Source: an uncultured Dysosmobacter sp.
GTDB lineage: Bacteria; Bacillota; Clostridia; Oscillospirales; Oscillospiraceae
Direction of reading: 5' to 3'
DNA length: 64,000 nt
NCBI RefSeq assembly: GCF_947631635.1
Contig: NZ_CANRMB010000010.1
Span: 6,884 to 70,883, forward strand
Of this stretch, positions 8,900 to 17,160 are shown in pieces. Every line of letters starts with the position of its first letter. Position 1 is the first letter of the stretch. The position numbers were made by a program, and so were the translations under genes. Below the pieces are notes generated by a model that was given only the letters and a program-made list of their open reading frames with translations, was not told the origin of the DNA and did no database searches.

Positions 8900-10165
8900 A
8901 TGCAGGAATATGTCGTCAACCGCCCGGATGAGGGGGCCATGGATCGCATTCTGAAACAAAATTTTTACAATGCGGCGGGGGTCATTCTGCGCCTTGCCTG
9001 GCAGGCGGGGCTGCTGCGGGACGAGATCCAGCACCTGACCTGGGCGCAGATCGATTTCCTGGACCAGCAGATCCTTCTGCCGGACCGCGCCGTCCCGGTT
9101 CCGGATGGATTGGCAGACTGGCTGGCCGGTTTGAGAGACAGCCGTAACCGCCGCTCCGAGGTGGTGGTGCTTTCAGACCGGGACCAGAGGCCCCTGACGC
9201 CCCAATCCATCTCCCGGCTGGCCCGGACGGCCCTGGACAAGGAGGGCCAGACCGGCATCCGCCTGATCGACCTGCGCCACGACTTCATCCTGCGGCAGCT
9301 GGAGGAGCACGACTGGCAGTACGTCTCCCGCATCACCGGCGTGGAGGCTGCCGCGCTGAACGTCCACTTCGGCGCGCACCTGGAGGAGAAAAGGGTCTCC
9401 ACCCGCATTCGCCGGGACGAGCCCGCCCAGATCGACGAATTTGCCCTTTGGAAGCTGCTGCAGGCGGAAAAGTCCACCCCGGCAGGGGTGACGCTGTGAC
9501 TGACATGGCAGCTGGGCCTGCGGCTGGAGGAGATCGTGGCGCTGACCTGGGACCAGGTGGACCTGGAGGGCGAGGCGCTGTGCCTGCCGGACCGGAGGAT
9601 CGCCCTGACCAGTGGTGTGTATCACGTTTTAAAAGATTGGAAGGCGGCTGGGCCGGGCAGCGGCTTTGTCCTGACCGCGCCCCGCAGCGGCCAGCCCTAC
9701 GACCGCACCCGCCTGTCCAAGCTGGTCCGGGCGGCGCTGATCCGGGGCGGGCTGGACGACGTGACCCTGCGGGACCTGCGGCTGGACTGCGACATCCGGG
9801 TGGGCGGCGAAAACCAGATCGTCTCCGCCCTGCGCCGCAGGCAGTCCATCACCCGGAACGAGGTCATGGACCTGCTGGGCGTGTCCAAGACCACGGCGTA
9901 CAACCGCCTGAAGCAGATGGTCCGCCGGGGCAAGCTGACCCAGGTGGGCGCGCGGTATTACCTGCACGACGCGGTGGTGCCGCCGGAGCGGCAGGAGGCG
10001 GTCATCCTGGAGTATTTGACAAAGGAGGGCTTCGCATATCGGCAGGATATCGCCCGCATCCTGCGGATCGATCCCCGCCAGTGCCGCCCCATTCTGCAGA
10101 AGATGGTGGCCCGGGGCCAGATCGTCCAGAAGCGCCAGCGCTACATATTGAAAAAGGAGGCATGA
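8900..10165 (+). pseudogene. Tandem tyrosine-recombinase-like protein with two C-terminal winged-helix domains, split by one in-frame TGA (9497-9499)
   Basis: ORFs 8900-9499 and 9536-10165 share a frame with only one stop between them. GVILRLAWQAGLLRDEIQHLTWAQIDFLD..LLPDR and GVTL*LTWQLGLRLEEIVALTWDQVDLEG..LCLPDR are internal duplicates. Integrase box I-like GLRxxEI is present and LRHDF is retained, but no clear nucleophile Tyr motif is seen. Confidence 0.55.
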
Positions 10166-10470
10166 GCCTCCGGAATGCGGCGGCCGCGCCCCTGGCCCGC
10201 CGTGTTCTGCTGCTCTGATTGTTACAACTATTTTTCACAAAAATACCGGAAGAACATCCCGTTTATCAATCAAATTACAACTTCGGCGAATCTATAGACA
10301 AATAAAACCGGGCTTGGTAAATTGAACCTGCGAAGGCCGAACGGGAGGCCAGCTCCGGCATAGATACGGGGTACGGCTAGCCACTGTATGTGCGCCGGAG
10401 ACGGCGGGCCGGGCGGCATTCGTAAAATAAGGCGGCTCTTCACCGCCGAATCTTACAAGGAGGAAAAACC

Positions 10471-13452
10471 ATGAAGAAGTTCCTTTCTCTGGTTCTGGCT
10501 CTGGTGATGGTCATGTCCCTGGTCACCATCGGCGCCGGCGCCAAGGACTTCACCGACGACAGCAAGATCAACTATGAAGAAGCTGTTGACGTGATGTCCG
10601 CCCTGAAGGTTATCGACGGTTATCCCGACGGTTCCTTCGCTCCCCAGGGCAGCCTGACCCGTGGTGCTGCCGCCAAGATCATCTGCAACCTGATCCTTGG
10701 CCCCACCACCGCTTCCGCGCTGTCCGCCGACACGGCTCCCTACAAGGATGTCCCTGTCAACCACACCTTTGCCGGTTACATTGCCTACTGCCAGGAGCAG
10801 GGCATCATCTCCGGCTACGCTGACGGTTCCTTCCGTCCCGCCGCTACTCTGACGAACTACGCGTTCCTGAAGATGCTGCTGGGCGCTCTGGGCTACAACG
10901 CCGAGATCGAGGGCTACGTTGGTGACAACTGGTCCATCGCCGTTGCCAAGCAGGCCCTGCACATCGGCCTGACCAAGGGCTTGGAGGGCGACCTGAACGG
11001 CACCGAATACGCCACCCGTGAGCAGGCCTGCCTGTATGCGCTGAACACCCTGAAGGCCACCATGGTGGACTACGAGGCCAAGATCACCGCCAATGTGAAC
11101 GGCGCTCAGGTCATCGTGGGCAACTCCGTGGCCAACGACGTGAAGTGGAACATCTCCAAGAACACCGACGGCCACATCAAGGACGACGGCTATGTTCAGT
11201 TCGCTGAGAAGTACTTCGAGAAGCTGGAGCTGGAGATCGGCAACGGTATGTATGGCCGCCCCGCCAACACCTGGAAGCTGAAGAAGTCTGAGATCGGCAC
11301 CTACACCTCCATCGATCCCACTCTCGTCTACACCGAGGGCACCAAGAACAAGGACGTGTACAAGGACCTGAGCAAGGACGTTATCGAAGACTATGACTGG
11401 ACTGCCTTTGTCAACGGCAAGGAAGTCGACGAGGCTGTCACTCCCGTGAAGAACGGCAGCAAGGAGTACATCTACACCGGCGAGGGCACTGTCACCGAGA
11501 TCTATGTGAACGACGACGACGAGAGCGTCACCGTGGTTGAGATCAACTACTACCTGGGCCAGGTCTCCAAGGTCAAGACCGACGACGACGGCGAGTACAT
11601 CACCGTCAAGGAGCTGTCCAAGGGCTCCAAGCTGGACGACAAGACCTTCTATGTTGAGGACTATGCTGAGGACGACTATGTGGTCTTCACTGTGGACTAT
11701 GACGAAGAGGACGAGGACTATGTCATCGGCGAGGTCTGCGAGCCTGAGGTCGTGACCGCCGAGGTCACCCGCGTCGAGAACGACAAGGAAGAGGTCTCCA
11801 CGGAGAACGGCGGCGTTCACGGCAACACCTATCTGAAGGCTGACGGCTCCAAGTACACCTATACCGATGGCGCGAACTCCTGCAAGACCGACGTTCAGGA
11901 CCATATGGTCTATGACGTGGAAGATCCCACCGAGCCTGAGCATCCCGAGCTGAACGAGGAGTATGTCCTCTATCTGGATCCCAACGGCTATGTTCTGGGC
12001 TTCGAGAAGGCTGAGGCCGACGCCTCCAAGTACCTGTGGGTCAAGGACTCCGACGAGGAGCTGCGCGACTGGATCGCCAAGGTCGTTCTGGACGACGCCA
12101 CCTCTGCCAAGGTCGAGGTGAAGGATGAGGTCGTTGGCCTGGATGAGAACAACGACGACGAGGACGATGAGATCAAGTGGACCGTCAACAAGGATACCGA
12201 CGGCAAGAACATGACCAACATCGACGAGCACATCTGGAAGTACACCGTCAATGACAAGGGCGTGTACACCCTGAAGAACGTCGAGACCCTCTTCCTGCCT
12301 CACGGCGATGAGGAAACCGACCGTAAGGCCGACTTCGATCCCGATGCGGATGGCGTTAAGGTGAACAACGGCCGCGCCTACATCACCAGCGATGGCACCA
12401 CCTTCATCGTGGACAACAAGACCATCTTCGTGGATGTGGAGAACGAAAAGGCCTATGTGGGCTACAAGAACGTTCCCAATGTGGATCATGCCGAGCTGGC
12501 CTATGTCCTGGACAAGGACGGCAAGAAGGCTGACGTGGTGTTCATCCTGCAGGGCGACGTTTATGACAAGGACTCCACCTACTTCGTGCTGGAGAAGACC
12601 GACCGTGAATCCCTGAAGTATGACGGCGACAAGTACTGGGAGTACACCAAGGCCTATGTCAACGGCGAGAAGACCAGCGTGTACGTCTCCTATGACGCCG
12701 CGAACAAGACCGTTCTGAAGACCGGCGTTGTCTACAAGGCCACCAAGACCGTTGATGAGCAGTACATCATCGAGCTCAAGGCCGTGACTGACAAGAAGTT
12801 CGTCGCCAATGAGGTCGGCCTGGATGCGTTCTGGCTGCTGGATGAGGACGCTGATCCCGTCAAGACTGTCCAGTACGACACCAACGAGGAGACCGTCTTT
12901 GTTGTGGTCGAGCAGACCAAGGACAATAAGTGGAAGATCTACGACGGCGATATCAAGGACATCCTGGATGAAGACGATCTGGATGATCCTGACTGCGACT
13001 ACAGCGCCTGCCTGGTCCAGGTCCTGGAGAATGACGAGGAGACCGCCGAGCTGGTCTACATCTACCTGACCGAGAAGGGCTCTGATAAGGTTGAGATCAC
13101 CGAGGGCGACGGCACCATTGATGTCACCGTTCAGAAGGGCGACAAGGACGGCGACAAGACCGTCGTCACCCTGGAGAATCCCCTGTATGAGGGCGGAGAT
13201 GCTAGTGGTTGGAACACCGTGGATGCGGTTGTCACCATTGAGATGACTGTTGACGGTGAGACCTACTCTGAGGTGACCAAGTTTGAAGGTTCCCATACGC
13301 TGTCTGACGTCCTGTCTGGCGCCAACACTCCCAAGGTGGGCGTGGCTCCCACCGGCACCCACAAGCTGGTCGTGAGCGCTACCGTCAAGTTTGACGGCTC
13401 CTTCAACGACGCTTACACCTTCGTGGGCGAGAGCAACGTTCTGTATTGGTAA
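10471..13452 (+). CDS. S-layer / cell-surface protein with an N-terminal signal peptide and three SLH domains
   Basis: MKKFLSLVLALVMVMSLVTIGAGA signal. SLH repeats (FTDDSKINYEEAVDVMSALKVIDGYPDGSFAP; YKDVPVNHTFAGYIAYCQEQGIISGYADGSFRP; third repeat near WSIAVAKQAL). Very acidic D/E-rich body, strong AAGGAGG RBS, strong terminator. Confidence 0.85.
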   Translation: MKKFLSLVLALVMVMSLVTIGAGAKDFTDDSKINYEEAVDVMSALKVIDGYPDGSFAPQGSLTRGAAAKIICNLILGPTTASALSADTAPYKDVPVNHTFAGYIAYCQEQGIISGYADGSFRPAATLTNYAFLKMLLGALGYNAEIEGYVGDNWSIAVAKQALHIGLTKGLEGDLNGTEYATREQACLYALNTLKATMVDYEAKITANVNGAQVIVGNSVANDVKWNISKNTDGHIKDDGYVQFAEKYFEKLELEIGNGMYGRPANTWKLKKSEIGTYTSIDPTLVYTEGTKNKDVYKDLSKDVIEDYDWTAFVNGKEVDEAVTPVKNGSKEYIYTGEGTVTEIYVNDDDESVTVVEINYYLGQVSKVKTDDDGEYITVKELSKGSKLDDKTFYVEDYAEDDYVVFTVDYDEEDEDYVIGEVCEPEVVTAEVTRVENDKEEVSTENGGVHGNTYLKADGSKYTYTDGANSCKTDVQDHMVYDVEDPTEPEHPELNEEYVLYLDPNGYVLGFEKAEADASKYLWVKDSDEELRDWIAKVVLDDATSAKVEVKDEVVGLDENNDDEDDEIKWTVNKDTDGKNMTNIDEHIWKYTVNDKGVYTLKNVETLFLPHGDEETDRKADFDPDADGVKVNNGRAYITSDGTTFIVDNKTIFVDVENEKAYVGYKNVPNVDHAELAYVLDKDGKKADVVFILQGDVYDKDSTYFVLEKTDRESLKYDGDKYWEYTKAYVNGEKTSVYVSYDAANKTVLKTGVVYKATKTVDEQYIIELKAVTDKKFVANEVGLDAFWLLDEDADPVKTVQYDTNEETVFVVVEQTKDNKWKIYDGDIKDILDEDDLDDPDCDYSACLVQVLENDEETAELVYIYLTEKGSDKVEITEGDGTIDVTVQKGDKDGDKTVVTLENPLYEGGDASGWNTVDAVVTIEMTVDGETYSEVTKFEGSHTLSDVLSGANTPKVGVAPTGTHKLVVSATVKFDGSFNDAYTFVGESNVLYW

Positions 13453-13486
13453 TCTATTGATTCCAAACTGAACGCCATGCGAAATA

Positions 13487-13522
13487 AAAGGTCCCCGGGC
13501 TTTTGCCCGGGGACCTTTTTCC
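13487..13522. terminator. Bidirectional intrinsic terminator
   Basis: AAAGGTCCCCGGGC-TTTT-GCCCGGGGACCTTTTT, between the S-layer gene and a convergent gene. Confidence 0.8.
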
Positions 13523-14119
13523 CTATTTCTTCAATCCGTATAAAACCGCGTAGGTCCCGGCAGAAAAATTGCCTTTCCCCGTCAGCACAATTTTATGGAT
13601 GTCAGACAGGGGCACGCCGTCGCCGAAAAAACCGCCGTCGCTCACATAACAGTAATCCCGACCACAGCGGTGGACCGTCTCATAGCCGCCGAAAAAGCGG
13701 GTCCCGCCGTTGCAGAGCCATACCGACCCGCTGGCGGTGAGGGCGGTATTTGCCGTGGCGATGGTGAGGGACGACCGCGTGGAGTTGCTGCCGTTGGTGT
13801 AAAAGGACGTGCCGTCATTAAGCGAGAGGTTAATGCTGGTGGGACCTTCACACCCTAGATGAAGCTCCAGCTTCTGGAAGTTTCCCGGTCCGGAGACCAG
13901 AAACTCCATCACATCTGTTTCCGCGTCAAGCGCCGTCTCCGCGATCTTGCACCATAGATTTTCCCTGCGGACGGTAGCCAGGTCTGCCTTTTGCTCCAAT
14001 TCCGCCGCCTGCGCTGTGAGGGCGGCTTCTATTTTTTGATTGTCGCTGTTGAAATCCGCCATTTGAATGCGGTCCGCCGCATCCCACTGGCTCAATTGAT
14101 AATGACTCGTTTGCTGCAA
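13523..14119 (-). CDS. Hypothetical protein with a phage tail-fibre-like N-terminal motif
   Basis: AAGGAGAA RBS 7 nt before a TTG start at 14119. The N-terminus YQLSQWDAADRIQMADFNSDNQKIEAAL is followed by a short coiled coil and a Gly/Ser/Thr-rich C-terminal half. Confidence 0.5.
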   Translation of the reverse strand: MQQTSHYQLSQWDAADRIQMADFNSDNQKIEAALTAQAAELEQKADLATVRRENLWCKIAETALDAETDVMEFLVSGPGNFQKLELHLGCEGPTSINLSLNDGTSFYTNGSNSTRSSLTIATANTALTASGSVWLCNGGTRFFGGYETVHRCGRDYCYVSDGGFFGDGVPLSDIHKIVLTGKGNFSAGTYAVLYGLKK

Positions 14120-14372
14120 AAAAATTCTCCTTACACACAAAATTGGACGCCCCAGGGCCGGGGAAAGGCCCTGCGCTCCCTGGGAACAGAGACCCTCTGC
14201 TCCGCCTGTTATGCAGGGCGGGGAAGATGCCCTACACTACCTCCGGTAGTGTAGGAAAAAGTTGCACGTTCCCGTGCATCCTGCAAGCAAAAAATTTCCG
14301 CCCCCGGTCCGCCTTGACCGTGCCGCGGCAATGCCCTTTCCGGTCCCATAGGAACATAAAACCCGAGGGCCA

Positions 14373-14401
14373 TTGTCAATTTGAACAGGCTGCGGTATAA
14401 T
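14373..14401 (+). promoter_or_regulatory. Sigma-70-type promoter
   Basis: TTGTCA, 17 nt, TATAAT, about 35 nt upstream of the flavoprotein start codon. Confidence 0.55.
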
Positions 14402-14434
14402 CGTATCACTACATCAAAAAACAGGAGGTCCCCC

Positions 14435-15061
14435 ATGAAGATCGTCGCCATCAACGGAAGCCCCCGCAAAAACGGAAACACCGCCCTGCTGCTGGACGCC
14501 GTGGGCAGGGAGGTGGAGGCCGCCGGTGTGGAGTTTGAAGTCCTTCAGCCCGGCCCCAACGTCCACCCCTGCATGGCCTGCTACCACTGCCTGGACACCG
14601 GAAGCCTCCGCTGTGTCCGGAATGACGACGGCGTCAACGACATCATCGCCGCCTGCATCGAGGCCGACGGCATCCTGCTGGCCTCTCCGGTGTACCACAG
14701 CGGCATCGCCGGAGGCATGAAGTGCGTCATCGACCGCCTGATGCTGGCCGCCGGGTGCGGCAACAACCAGCTCCACCACAAGGTGGGCGGCGCGCTGTGC
14801 ACCCTCCGCCGCTCCGGCGGCGTGGAGACCTACCACCAGCTGCTGGCCGCCATGGACGCCATGGAGATGGTACTGGTCACCTCCGATTACTGGGGCGTGG
14901 TCCACGGCGCGGACCCCGGCGAGGTGCTGAAGGACACCGAGGGCATGGAGGTGGCCGCCAAGCTGGGCCGCAACATGGCCTGGATGGTGAAGGTCCTCCA
15001 TGAGAGCAAGGTGCCGGTCCCGGAGACGGGCCACCGGACCATGACCAATTTTATTCGGTAA
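14435..15061 (+). CDS. Iron-sulfur flavoprotein (NADPH-dependent FMN reductase family)
   Basis: MKIVAINGSPRKNGNT flavodoxin-like N-terminus and a compact CxxCxxCx7C cluster motif (CMACYHCLDTGSLRC). AGGAGG RBS. Confidence 0.75.
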   Translation: MKIVAINGSPRKNGNTALLLDAVGREVEAAGVEFEVLQPGPNVHPCMACYHCLDTGSLRCVRNDDGVNDIIAACIEADGILLASPVYHSGIAGGMKCVIDRLMLAAGCGNNQLHHKVGGALCTLRRSGGVETYHQLLAAMDAMEMVLVTSDYWGVVHGADPGEVLKDTEGMEVAAKLGRNMAWMVKVLHESKVPVPETGHRTMTNFIR

Positions 15062-15183
15062 TATTTTCCCCCGCATGTCACCTTTTGCCGCTGAAAAGCA
15101 TCTTGCATATATGACCGGTCATTTCGGGGCGCGATGGTCAGCCATCGCGCCCCTTGCCAAGGAAAGGAGCAAACCGCTGGACC

Positions 15184-15672
15184 ATGATATCATCCAAGCT
15201 GGACAAGGAGACATTCTGCACCCAGGTCGTCCGCTGCCAGGAGGCCATGTTCCGCACCGCAAAGGCCATCCTGAAAAACGACCAGGACGCCGAGGACGCG
15301 GTGCAGGAGGCCATCTGCGCCGCCTTCGCGGGGCGGGAGGCCCTGCGGGACCTGGAGCGGTTCAAGCCTTGGATGCTGCGCATCCTTGCCAATAAGTGCT
15401 ACGACGCCTGCCGGAAACGGCGGCCCACCGTGGGCCTTGAGGAGGTGGCGGCCTATCTGCCCGCCTCCGGCACCGACCCCACGGAGCGCATGACGCTGTG
15501 GCAGGCGATCATGGCCCTCAGCGGCGACCTCCGGGCTGCGGTCACGCTGTTTTACTATGACGGGCTGTCCGTCCGGGAGATCAGCGGGATTTTGAATATC
15601 AGCGAAGCGGCGGTTAAGGCCCGCCTGTCCCGGGGCAGGGCGCGGCTGCGGCAGCTGCTGGAAGAAAAGTGA
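15184..15672 (+). CDS. ECF-type RNA polymerase sigma factor
   Basis: Region 2 (DAEDAVQEA...FKPWMLRILANKCYDACRK) and region 4 (LSVREISGILNISEAAVKARLSRGRARL). Confidence 0.8.
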   Translation: MISSKLDKETFCTQVVRCQEAMFRTAKAILKNDQDAEDAVQEAICAAFAGREALRDLERFKPWMLRILANKCYDACRKRRPTVGLEEVAAYLPASGTDPTERMTLWQAIMALSGDLRAAVTLFYYDGLSVREISGILNISEAAVKARLSRGRARLRQLLEEK

Positions 15673-15680
15673 GGTGCAGT

Positions 15681-16508
15681 ATGGACCAATTCGACAAGAT
15701 GCTGAAGGAGCGGGCCAAAGAGGAGCCGTTCCCCCTGCCGGAGGGCTATGCCGGACGGGTGTTTGCCGCCTGCGCGGCGCTGGACGAACATGAGAGGGCG
15801 CGGAAAAAGCCCCGCCTCCGCTGGACAGGCTGGACCGCCGCGGCGCTGGCGCTGTTCATCGCGGTGCCCAATGTGTCCCCCGCGGCGGCCGCCGCCATGG
15901 CGAATGTGCCGGGGCTGGGCGCCATCGTGGAGCTGATCACCCTCCGCCGCTACACCTATGACGACGGACATAAGAGCGCGGAGATCACCGTGCCGGAGCT
16001 GGGCGGCAGCGAGGCGGCCGGGGAGGTCAGCGAGCAGGTGCGGGCCTACACGGACCAGCTCATCGCCCGGTTCGAGGAGGACCGCCGAAAAGCGGACGGC
16101 GGGGAATATCACGGCCTGGATGTGGCATATGATATTGTCACGAACACAGACCGGTGGTTCACCCTCCGGATCGACACCACCGAGACACAGGCCAGCGGCT
16201 ATGAGACCAGCCGGTTTTATCACATCGACAAGGCCACCGGCGAGGTGGTGACACTGAAAGACCTGTTCCGGGAGGACGCGGACTATGCGGCGGCGCTGTC
16301 CGGCGAGGTCCGGCGGCAGATGGAGGAGGACGAATCAGAGACCTATTTCCCGGAGGAGTTCACAGCCGTCGATCCGGAGCAGAACTTCTACTGGAACGGG
16401 GATGGGGAGCTGGTGCTGGTGTTCGATGAATACACCGTCGCGCCGGGGTCTATGGGGATGCCGGAATTCACCATCCCGGCGGATGTGTATGGATCACTTT
16501 TGAAATGA
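15681..16508 (+). CDS. Anti-sigma factor, RsiV-like (single transmembrane span plus a DUF3298-type extracytoplasmic domain)
   Basis: Coupled to the sigma gene. TM segment WTAAALALFIAV. C-terminal YHID..TGE...L.DLF and TVAPGSMGMPEFTIP, as in DUF3298. Confidence 0.6.
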   Translation: MDQFDKMLKERAKEEPFPLPEGYAGRVFAACAALDEHERARKKPRLRWTGWTAAALALFIAVPNVSPAAAAAMANVPGLGAIVELITLRRYTYDDGHKSAEITVPELGGSEAAGEVSEQVRAYTDQLIARFEEDRRKADGGEYHGLDVAYDIVTNTDRWFTLRIDTTETQASGYETSRFYHIDKATGEVVTLKDLFREDADYAAALSGEVRRQMEEDESETYFPEEFTAVDPEQNFYWNGDGELVLVFDEYTVAPGSMGMPEFTIPADVYGSLLK

Positions 16509-16518
16509 GGGAATGGGT

Positions 16519-16839
16519 ATGATGAAGAAGATGCTGGCCTGCCTGCTGGCGGCCTGGCTGCTGCTGCTTGCGGCGGGCTGCGGTGGAAAGGACGAGCCGG
16601 AGGCAGAGACGGGCGGCGGGGAAAAGACCCTGACGGGCACGCTGGACGAGGTGAAGGACTTTATGTTCGTCGTCACCGATGACAGCGGCGAGAGCTATGC
16701 GTTCACCTATGAGAATGAAAAGCCGGAGGGTCTGGCGGAGCAGGCGGTCGGCGGTCAGGTGAAGGTGACCTACACCGGAGAACTGTCCGTCGTGGACCCG
16801 TTTGAGGGGGAAGTGCTCTCTGTGGAAGCGGCGGAGTGA
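16519..16839 (+). CDS. Small lipoprotein
   Basis: Signal peptide with lipobox LLAAGC; directly follows the anti-sigma gene. Confidence 0.6.
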   Translation: MMKKMLACLLAAWLLLLAAGCGGKDEPEAETGGGEKTLTGTLDEVKDFMFVVTDDSGESYAFTYENEKPEGLAEQAVGGQVKVTYTGELSVVDPFEGEVLSVEAAE

Positions 16840-16863
16840 CAGCGGACCACCGCAACAAGCGCG

Positions 16864-16893
16864 AAAAAGAGACGGCGGATGCCGTCTCTTTTT
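16864..16893. terminator. Bidirectional intrinsic terminator
   Basis: AAAAAGAGACGGC-GGAT-GCCGTCTCTTTTT. Confidence 0.75.
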
Positions 16894-17155
16894 ATCCATT
16901 TTCAGGAATGTCGGGGCAGGGCAGGGCGCGGAAAAAGCCTGTGATGCGTTTCAAGCCGGAGAGGAAGCAGTCATAGCCGTTCTTTTGGTACGTTTGGCCG
17001 TTCCAGGTGAAGGTGATGGACCAGCCGTCATTACCACCGGCCCAGCCGTGGCCGCTCTCGTAAGAAAAAGACGTGATGGTCCCGGCGGGCAGAAATCGAA
17101 GGGCGGCCGGGAGAAGGCATAGGGCGAACAGCACCGGAGCGCATCGCCTTTTCAT
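16892..17155 (-). CDS. Hypothetical small secreted protein (87 aa)
   Basis: N-terminal signal-like MKRRCAPVLFALCLLPAAL. No family recognised. Confidence 0.4.
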   Translation of the reverse strand: MKRRCAPVLFALCLLPAALRFLPAGTITSFSYESGHGWAGGNDGWSITFTWNGQTYQKNGYDCFLSGLKRITGFFRALPCPDIPENG

Positions 17156-17160
17156 CAGAT

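Noticed and set aside
9497-9499. The in-frame TGA read as selenocysteine or as a reassigned codon
   Set aside because: I saw no SECIS-like hairpin immediately downstream. TGA is used as a normal stop by many genes in this window. A nonsense mutation, or two separate products, is the simpler reading.
8875-10228. 9-bp inverted repeat TTGTAACAA / TTGTTACAA flanking the recombinase-like gene
   Set aside because: Too short and AT-rich to distinguish from chance. No longer flanking homology, and no evidence of inversion.
10166-10470. cwpV-style invertible promoter switch upstream of the S-layer gene
   Set aside because: I searched for inverted repeats of 15 bp or more bracketing a promoter and found only 7-8-bp matches.
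10453-13362. 969-aa ORF antisense to the S-layer gene
   Set aside because: Mirror-frame artefact of a long, codon-biased, GAC/GAG-rich gene. The translation is low-complexity V/L/G/D-rich with no RBS or family features.
14141-14372. G+C-rich 230-bp gap with a perfect 11-bp hairpin CCTACACTACC-TCC-GGTAGTGTAGG (14231-14255)
   Set aside because: No flanking U-run on either strand and no recognisable RNA family. It is probably the 5' UTR/promoter region of the tail-fibre-like gene. Noted but not callable.
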